Shown piece by piece: positions 58,139-64,000 of a DNA stretch of 64,000 bases (position 1 is its first letter; every line of letters starts with the position of its first letter). The DNA is from Alteromonas arenosi. Lineage in GTDB: Bacteria; Pseudomonadota; Gammaproteobacteria; Enterobacterales; Alteromonadaceae. Under the pieces are notes generated by a model. The model saw only the letters and a program-made list of their open reading frames with translations. It searched no databases and was not told the DNA's origin. The translations under genes and the position numbers were made by a program. Location: contig NZ_JAUCBP010000007.1 in NCBI RefSeq assembly GCF_030362855.1, positions 308,675 to 372,674 on the forward strand, read 5' to 3'.

Positions 58139-58567
58139 TTACAAATACAGCATTTCTTTTCGCGTCGGAGCAAGCGCATTGAGCACTTGGTTCTGCAAAG
58201 TATGCGGAACATCTGCGCGGTTCATCGCGTTAATTAATAAGTCTACAGTGCGGTTGAAGTCAGCTTCAGTGATATTCATCCCAGCGTGCACTTGTTCCAT
58301 GGTATCGCCCGTGTACTCACAGGGCCCACCTGTTCGCTGGCAAATTTGCTCACTCAATTTGGTGACGAAACGATCAATATTTGCCCCTTCAAAATAGGCA
58401 AGGATAACGGGATCTCGTTCGATTTCTATGACGAAATTTTCAACAATTTCATTAACTTTTGAATGACCGCCCAATTGTTCGAATACGGTAGTTTGATTCA
58501 ATGCACAGCCGCTCATTAATGCGACCAGTAGAATAAATGACAGAATTCGCATAGCCAGTCTCACCAT
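58139..58567 (-). CDS. Group-1 truncated haemoglobin (trHbN-like) carrying a lipoprotein signal.
   Basis: trHb motifs are present: FEQLGG, …GGPCEYTGDTMEQVHAGMNIT… with the proximal His. The lipobox is LVALMSGC. The likely start is the second Met (58552), which avoids overlap with the upstream gene. Confidence 0.7.
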   Translation of the reverse strand: MVRLAMRILSFILLVALMSGCALNQTTVFEQLGGHSKVNEIVENFVIEIERDPVILAYFEGANIDRFVTKLSEQICQRTGGPCEYTGDTMEQVHAGMNITEADFNRTVDLLINAMNRADVPHTLQNQVLNALAPTRKEMLYL

Positions 58568-59415
58568 AGTTGACCGTTGATGGATAAATACAACCCGTTT
58601 TGATCTTCTGCACCGGCGATGCTGCCGAGTTCAGCCCAGGCTAGCGTAAGAGCGAAGTGTTTGTTGGGTATGTAAGTAACAAAAAAGTCGACCCAATCAT
58701 CTTCGCCCAAACCTAAATTATCAGGCTTCTGCCGATACTCCATGCCGACTGCAACGTGGCGAGAGAGTAACACGCCAGCAGACGCCTCTAGCATGACCTC
58801 ATAATCATCGTTACGCGCACCACCAAAGCCCAAAAGGCCGAGTTCATTTGCTCGAGTAGCACGTGCGGTTACATTCCAAACCGCGTTGTAGCCGCCGATC
58901 GCGCCCAAATGCACCTTGGTAGCAGCAAGGTAAAAATCAGTGCCGCTCGATACAGAGTCGGCGCCTAATAATTGCGCGATGGTTTTGTCTTCCAAGCGCT
59001 TGTGTTGAAGGCCGGCACTGATTTGTGGCCAATCGGAATAAACCACATCACCATAGAGACGATATTTGACGCCAAAAACGTTTTGCTTGATATCACCGCC
59101 TAAGGTTTTTAAATCAAACCGGTGATGGGCGGCACTGATTTCAATGCGGTCATAAAACGAGGCAGATACACCCAATACGTTGAGCCGGTAGTCGTCAATA
59201 TCTACTTGAGTTGACACTGCGCTGATGGAGATCTCATCTCTTGAGTCGTACCCGCTTAATGTTGCCCAGGGAACGATACCACCACCGCCGGTGCCCTCAA
59301 TTTGCACTAGACCCGCAGTACCTATCAGTTTGCCTTCACCGGCGTGCGCTGATGAAAATGTTACGCTCATACAAAGCACAATACTCGTTATGCGCAGCAG
59401 GTTTAATCTGACCAT
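58561..59415 (-). CDS. Outer-membrane beta-barrel protein, DUF3034-like.
   Basis: 284 aa with a signal peptide (…SAHA|GEG), alternating-hydrophobic beta-strands and a C-terminal …INGQLW aromatic terminus. Confidence 0.5.
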   Translation of the reverse strand: MVRLNLLRITSIVLCMSVTFSSAHAGEGKLIGTAGLVQIEGTGGGGIVPWATLSGYDSRDEISISAVSTQVDIDDYRLNVLGVSASFYDRIEISAAHHRFDLKTLGGDIKQNVFGVKYRLYGDVVYSDWPQISAGLQHKRLEDKTIAQLLGADSVSSGTDFYLAATKVHLGAIGGYNAVWNVTARATRANELGLLGFGGARNDDYEVMLEASAGVLLSRHVAVGMEYRQKPDNLGLGEDDWVDFFVTYIPNKHFALTLAWAELGSIAGAEDQNGLYLSINGQLW

Positions 59416-61724
59416 GGCAAATCCTTATATTTTTGGATCCAAACAATTATCTCATTTAATGGCGCAGGACGACTAATAAAGTAGCCTTGGGCATATTCGC
59501 ATTTCCAGTGGTTTAACAAGGCTAATGATGCTTTGTCTTCGACACCTTCGGCGATAACTTGCAAACCAAAACTGTGTGCCAAACCAATAATTGTTTGAAC
59601 AATCTGTTGGTCACTTTCATTGTTCGCAAGTTTAAGCACAAAACTTTTATCAATCTTGAGATCGGTGACAGGCAAGTTTTTAAGGTACGCCATCGACGAA
59701 TAACCCGTGCCAAAATCATCAATCGCGAGTGAGTAACCCGCTTCGCGATAGCGCGAAAGCTGCTGAATGGCCAATTGATGGTCAGCGACGAGATCACTTT
59801 CGGTAATCTCAAACGCGAGATTTTCGTTGGTAAGTCCTGCTTGCATTGATTTATCGATGATCATCGGCAACAAATCGTCATTTAAGATATCTGATGCGGC
59901 CAAGTTGATTGCAACACATACATTAACGCCTTGTTGCTTCATTGCTTGGACATCAGAAATTGCTCGGTTGATGACCCAATGGGTAACATCCTTAATCAGT
60001 CCTGATTGTTCGGCTACAGCGATAAATTCATCCGGCGGTACAAATCCCAAAGAAACGCTATTCCACCGTAAAAGTGCTTCTACGTGGGTTATGCTCAAGC
60101 TACTCATATGCAATTTGGGTTGATAAACTAAGGATAACTCGCTCCCGGTGACCAACGCTTCTTTCAACGCGGTAATTATCGTAATACGGCGGGTATACTG
60201 AGCTTCAAAGTCGGCGCAATAGCGAACCATGAGACTGGATTCGGTGCGTGCTTGGTCAAGCGTTATGGTGAGGTGCTTGAGTAATGTTGTTGTATCTGCA
60301 CTGTCTGTTGGGCAAAGCACTTCGCCAATAGCCACCCGTAATTGTATTACCACACCTTCTACTTCTATGGGCTGGTGTAATTCTCGCTGAATTTCGTGTA
60401 ATCGACGTTGAGATTGGATCTGTTCGGGGAGCCATAAAAACTCGCCACCGTTCAGTCGCGCAGCTTGACCACCAAGTGCTTGTAAGCGAGTCGCTATGAC
60501 TTGCAAACAACTGTCGCCATTGTGATGACCAAAGACATCGTTAATGCCCCTAAACCCAAGAATATTGACGCCGATCACCTGAAACTCTGCGCCACTATCA
60601 AATTGTTGGTTAATGACATCATTGATCGCGTAGCGATTGAGCAGACCGGTCAGAATGTCGTGACTGGCTTGAAATTTGATCTGCGCTTCACGTTCTTTAA
60701 TATTGCTTTGCATCGACATGAAAGAGCCGGTTAGGTCTGCAATCTCGGTCGTTCTAGAACGAATATCTATGGCTTGTTCATAATCACCAGCAGCGATTTT
60801 TTGACTGATCATTGAGAGTCGCAAAAGCGGGCGAGAGAGCCGTTTGGCCACGGCAGCACCGAAAAGTAACGATAAGGCAAGACAGGTTGCAGCAATAAGT
60901 GTGATGGTGATTTGTAGGTCATTAAATTCATTAAACAGTCGTTCAATGTTGTCGGAGAGTCCAATCGTAACTTGGTAATCTTCATCCGAAAGTAAGCTAA
61001 ACTCTTGCGATACAAAATGATTGTTATTTAGGGTTACCAGCGACAACCACGACAGTGACTCTATGTCAGAACTAGTGCTTGTCACGGTTTGCAGATCGTT
61101 CAGCGTTGTGCGTCTAAACAGCAGATCATCGCCTTGTTTCACGCTCATAGTGGTTTCTAGTAACGTGATAGCTTTAAGACGTTCCAGAAATGCCATATCA
61201 AGTTCAAATCCAATCATAGCTATTGCAATAGGGCGGGGGGCATCTACCGTCAGTAGTAGAATTTGATACAGGCGTTGATTGATCAGTACAACGGATGTTG
61301 CTCCACCAACTTGTAACGTTTCCGCAATGAGTTCGCTCGACACCAAGGTGGTTTGTTGTTCGATATCATCAAGTGTCGCCTGAGTGACCATGCCATCGAG
61401 GCTTAATAACGCCATCAAATCAGCTTCAACCCGCGCACCGTGATTAAGCAGGACACTTTCTATAGTATTGGCATCGCCACTGGCTACTGCTTGCTTAAAG
61501 CCAAAATCATCGGTTAAAACACTCGCCGAATTGAATAATTGCTCTTCGCGATTCCCCATGATTTCGACAACAACGGATTGCGCAACTTCAAGGGTGTCAC
61601 TCAGTTGCCGTTTGGCATGTTCAATTGTGGATGACCACACGCTAAACAAGATAGCTGTTGTGCACAACAGGACTAACCCCGCTGAGAGTCTAAAGATGTG
61701 TTTATTCAGTGTGTAGGAAGCCAA
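59403..61724 (-). CDS. Membrane sensor with a periplasmic domain, a degenerate GGDEF domain and an EAL domain.
   Basis: 773 aa with an N-terminal TM helix, a ~270 aa periplasmic region and a second TM helix. The GGDEF region has RLNGGEF in place of GGDEF. The EAL domain is intact (EALLRW, DDFGTGYSSMAYL). Confidence 0.85.
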   Translation of the reverse strand: MASYTLNKHIFRLSAGLVLLCTTAILFSVWSSTIEHAKRQLSDTLEVAQSVVVEIMGNREEQLFNSASVLTDDFGFKQAVASGDANTIESVLLNHGARVEADLMALLSLDGMVTQATLDDIEQQTTLVSSELIAETLQVGGATSVVLINQRLYQILLLTVDAPRPIAIAMIGFELDMAFLERLKAITLLETTMSVKQGDDLLFRRTTLNDLQTVTSTSSDIESLSWLSLVTLNNNHFVSQEFSLLSDEDYQVTIGLSDNIERLFNEFNDLQITITLIAATCLALSLLFGAAVAKRLSRPLLRLSMISQKIAAGDYEQAIDIRSRTTEIADLTGSFMSMQSNIKEREAQIKFQASHDILTGLLNRYAINDVINQQFDSGAEFQVIGVNILGFRGINDVFGHHNGDSCLQVIATRLQALGGQAARLNGGEFLWLPEQIQSQRRLHEIQRELHQPIEVEGVVIQLRVAIGEVLCPTDSADTTTLLKHLTITLDQARTESSLMVRYCADFEAQYTRRITIITALKEALVTGSELSLVYQPKLHMSSLSITHVEALLRWNSVSLGFVPPDEFIAVAEQSGLIKDVTHWVINRAISDVQAMKQQGVNVCVAINLAASDILNDDLLPMIIDKSMQAGLTNENLAFEITESDLVADHQLAIQQLSRYREAGYSLAIDDFGTGYSSMAYLKNLPVTDLKIDKSFVLKLANNESDQQIVQTIIGLAHSFGLQVIAEGVEDKASLALLNHWKCEYAQGYFISRPAPLNEIIVWIQKYKDLPWSD

Positions 61725-61732
61725 TCTAGTTG

Positions 61733-62413
61733 TTATCCTTTGCCGAAGGTTCGGGAGCCAAAGGTACGTTTTTGTTCCTTGGATTGTGCTTCAATGAGTG
61801 TGACTTGAAGTTGCTGAAGCGCAGTGTCTTGCTGAACAGCGAAAGTTTCTTTAGCGAGATTGTCGATGGACATCTGAGCATGCCAGACAGTAACAGAGTC
61901 AGGTAGTGGTTGTGCAAATCTAGCGATACCGTCAACGTTGGTGACAGCCATCGTTTCGCCGTCAGACACGTATACATAGGCAACCATAGTATCGTGAATA
62001 TTACAGCCTAATACACCAATACCTGCTTGTTCGAATTGTATCGGCGCAACATCACTACCTGAATACAGTTTAATTTCAAACACCTTGATTGGAGAAAAGC
62101 TATAAACGTGATGGCGAATATTATCGCTATTGGGAAAGCGTACTTTATCACCTTGTTGGATAGCCACCACAGTAGGTACAAAGCGCTTATCAATTTGGTC
62201 AACAACCGCGATTTTGTCGGTTGCAGGCACCACTGCATAAGCGCGATGAGCAACTACGGCGTTAGGCACGGGCTGTCCGTGCTGATCGATTACCTTAATC
62301 TCATATTCAGCGAGTGACGCAAACGACGCGCAAAGCATTAATAGTGTGCTAGCAAAAGCATATTTCATTCGAATCAGCATGTTACCTCTATTAGTATTAA
62401 AAATAGCAAACAT
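61733..62413 (-). CDS. Secreted hypothetical protein; the first gene of the GGDEF-EAL sensor operon.
   Basis: Signal peptide MKYAFASTLLMLCASFASLA (the start is likely at 62368). The mature region is beta-rich. It lies 8 bp upstream of the sensor gene on the same strand. Confidence 0.5.
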   Translation of the reverse strand: MFAIFNTNRGNMLIRMKYAFASTLLMLCASFASLAEYEIKVIDQHGQPVPNAVVAHRAYAVVPATDKIAVVDQIDKRFVPTVVAIQQGDKVRFPNSDNIRHHVYSFSPIKVFEIKLYSGSDVAPIQFEQAGIGVLGCNIHDTMVAYVYVSDGETMAVTNVDGIARFAQPLPDSVTVWHAQMSIDNLAKETFAVQQDTALQQLQVTLIEAQSKEQKRTFGSRTFGKG

Positions 62414-62427
62414 TTTGCAGAATAAAT

Positions 62428-62448
62428 ACTGTTTACTGTTTACTGTTT
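62428..62448. repeat. Triple tandem heptamer (ACTGTTT)x3 in the promoter region of the 61733–62413/sensor operon.
   Basis: tACTGTTTACTGTTTACTGTTTag, immediately upstream of the minus-strand operon start. Confidence 0.8.
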
Positions 62449-62856
62449 AGGACGGGGATGCGGGGCATTTAGTCATAGATCGTAATCATTGCCCATATTC
62501 AGAATTCAAAACTTAGCCTAATCTAATAGCACGTTAGCCATAGACATTTTGTGCCTAACTCAGTTCGTCCTTTATCGACCGTTCGACGAATTATTTTCGC
62601 GCCAATTAAAAGCTGCATGATAGCGCTATGTATATGCTCCGATAGCTGTACGTTGTGAGTAATGTAAATCGCAATTGCACAGCGAGTTTGACCAAGTTTC
62701 TTGTCGTGGCTTTTTCTAATTTTTTCGGCGCTTCACTGTTTAATGCGATTAGTTTAAGAACTTCTGAAAAATTAGCGACTTAACTATTGGCAATTAAGGC
62801 ATTCCATTGCGATACTATGCAAAGACGCGAATATAATCGGTTAAGTGAGAATTAGC

Positions 62857-64000
62857 ATGGACAAACAAGTCAGCTCTCGAGCCACCAACGCCAAGGCTCT
62901 GCGCATCAATCTTGACGAAAAAAAGTACGGCACAATTGTCGAAATCGGTGCAGGTCAAGAGGTCGCTCGACAATTCTTTCTGGCCGGTGCAGCAGCCGGT
63001 ACCATCGCCAAAACGATGTCAGCCTATGACATGAAGTTCTCTGATGCGATATACGGGGTTCAAGAAGATCGCCGCTACGTTAGCCGCGCACGCGTTAAAG
63101 CGATGATGGAACAAGAGTACGACCTAGTGTTAGAACGCATCGCCGATGTACGTCCGCGCTCTTCGCGGTTCTTCGCCTACGCGGCTACCGTCGCGGCGAA
63201 AAGCTTCAAAGGCAATAATGAGTGTCATGCGTGGTGTGGTATCCGTATTCAAATGTACCCGGGCGCAGAGCCGTCAGATATTATCGTGCACGTGCGAATG
63301 TTTGACGATAACGCTGAAGCGCAACAACAGGCGCTAGGTGTTCTAGGGGTTAACCTTATCTACGCCGCTTATTACTACTTTGAAGATCCGCGTAAAATTA
63401 TCGATTCATTGACCGACAACATGAAGCCCAACCGGATTGAGATTGACTCGGTGGAGTTTCATGGTCCGTACTTTGAAGAGATTGATAATCGTGCCAAGAA
63501 TATTCACTTGATTCGCAGCTGGAAAACCCGCGCGATTATGTTCCGCCCGGATGGCAGTGTCGCGGTACCTGCGGAAATGCTATACAAGAAAAATGTTATT
63601 ACCATTCGCGGCTCATTCCGACCCGTAACCAAGCTCAATGAAGATATGATAGAGCAGGGCAAGAAGGCGTTTTTCGCTCAGAAAGGTGTAGATGAGTCAA
63701 ATACCGTCGCGATCGCCGAGATATCGCTCAACGATGCTTACGGTAATGATGCCAACTTCCCAGAAGCCGATTTAATTGAGCGTGTGCAACTGTTAAACAA
63801 GCTCGGCTATAACGTGATGGTCTCGGATTACACCCGCTACTTTTCATTGCGTGCTTATTTCCGCCAATACACCAAGATGCACATCGGTATAGTGGTTGGC
63901 ATGATCAATGTGAAGCAAATTTTTGATGAGAACTTCTACCGCGGTGTTGAAGGTGGAATTTTAGAAGGTTTTGGTAAGTTATTCCCCGATAACACTAAGT
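62857..64000 (+). CDS. Conserved hypothetical protein, 3'-truncated by the window end.
   Basis: The open frame runs from ATG 62857 to the window edge (381+ codons) with no stop. N-terminus MDKQVSSRATNAKALRINLDEKKYGTIVEIGAGQEVARQFF…. No family was confidently recognised. Confidence 0.5.
   Translation, partial: MDKQVSSRATNAKALRINLDEKKYGTIVEIGAGQEVARQFFLAGAAAGTIAKTMSAYDMKFSDAIYGVQEDRRYVSRARVKAMMEQEYDLVLERIADVRPRSSRFFAYAATVAAKSFKGNNECHAWCGIRIQMYPGAEPSDIIVHVRMFDDNAEAQQQALGVLGVNLIYAAYYYFEDPRKIIDSLTDNMKPNRIEIDSVEFHGPYFEEIDNRAKNIHLIRSWKTRAIMFRPDGSVAVPAEMLYKKNVITIRGSFRPVTKLNEDMIEQGKKAFFAQKGVDESNTVAIAEISLNDAYGNDANFPEADLIERVQLLNKLGYNVMVSDYTRYFSLRAYFRQYTKMHIGIVVGMINVKQIFDENFYRGVEGGILEGFGKLFPDNTK

Noticed and set aside
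62428-62448. The heptamer repeat read as a LexA/SOS box.
   Set aside because: It contains CTGT half-sites but no appropriately spaced ACAG partner (CTGT-N8-ACAG), so it does not form a palindrome.

Overview
This 64 kb window is chromosomal DNA from a gamma-proteobacterium, probably Alteromonadales-like, with roughly mid-40s % GC by eye. No transposase, integrase or CRISPR array was found.

Layout, left to right:
- 1–14.4 kb: an acyl-CoA dehydrogenase/phosphotransferase/quinone-oxidoreductase block. It is followed by a haloalkane dehalogenase, SDR and beta-oxidation cluster (FadB-like, thiolase, ACAD, hydrolase). That cluster is bracketed by two ~540 bp near-identical direct repeats, each carrying an identical 131-aa secreted-protein gene.
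- 14.5–22.7 kb: a DUF3012-like lipoprotein, a LysR regulator divergent from a MaoC dehydratase, a TonB-dependent receptor, pterin-4a-carbinolamine dehydratase, and a large beta-propeller/Y_Y_Y–GGDEF sensor.
- 22.8 kb: an initiator tRNA-fMet with its promoter and terminator.
- 22.9–44.5 kb: an accessory block sitting between that tRNA and the rimP-nusA-infB-rbfA-truB-rpsO operon. It holds a soluble double-PAS chemoreceptor, a three-gene transhydrogenase (pntAA-pntAB-pntB), two small envelope proteins, a 7TM-DISM EAL sensor, an OmpA lipoprotein, and an RND pump with its adaptor.
- Within that block, 29.2–36.0 kb, is the most unusual locus. The sigma54 activator RtcR sits divergent from an operon with a sigma54-like promoter, tRNA-like RNA elements in the leader, an SPFH/band-7 protein with an N-terminal triple repeat, a minimal pol-beta-type nucleotidyltransferase, RtcB RNA ligase and a 396-aa unknown protein. 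There is no rtcA and no Ro/rsr gene here.
- 51–64 kb: a coiled-coil membrane protein, a GNAT/nitrilase fusion, aconitase A, an ECF56-like sigma factor convergent with a YciI-like gene, a lipoprotein truncated haemoglobin, a DUF3034-like outer-membrane protein, and a GGDEF-EAL sensor operon preceded by a triple heptamer repeat. rpsO is not followed by pnp.
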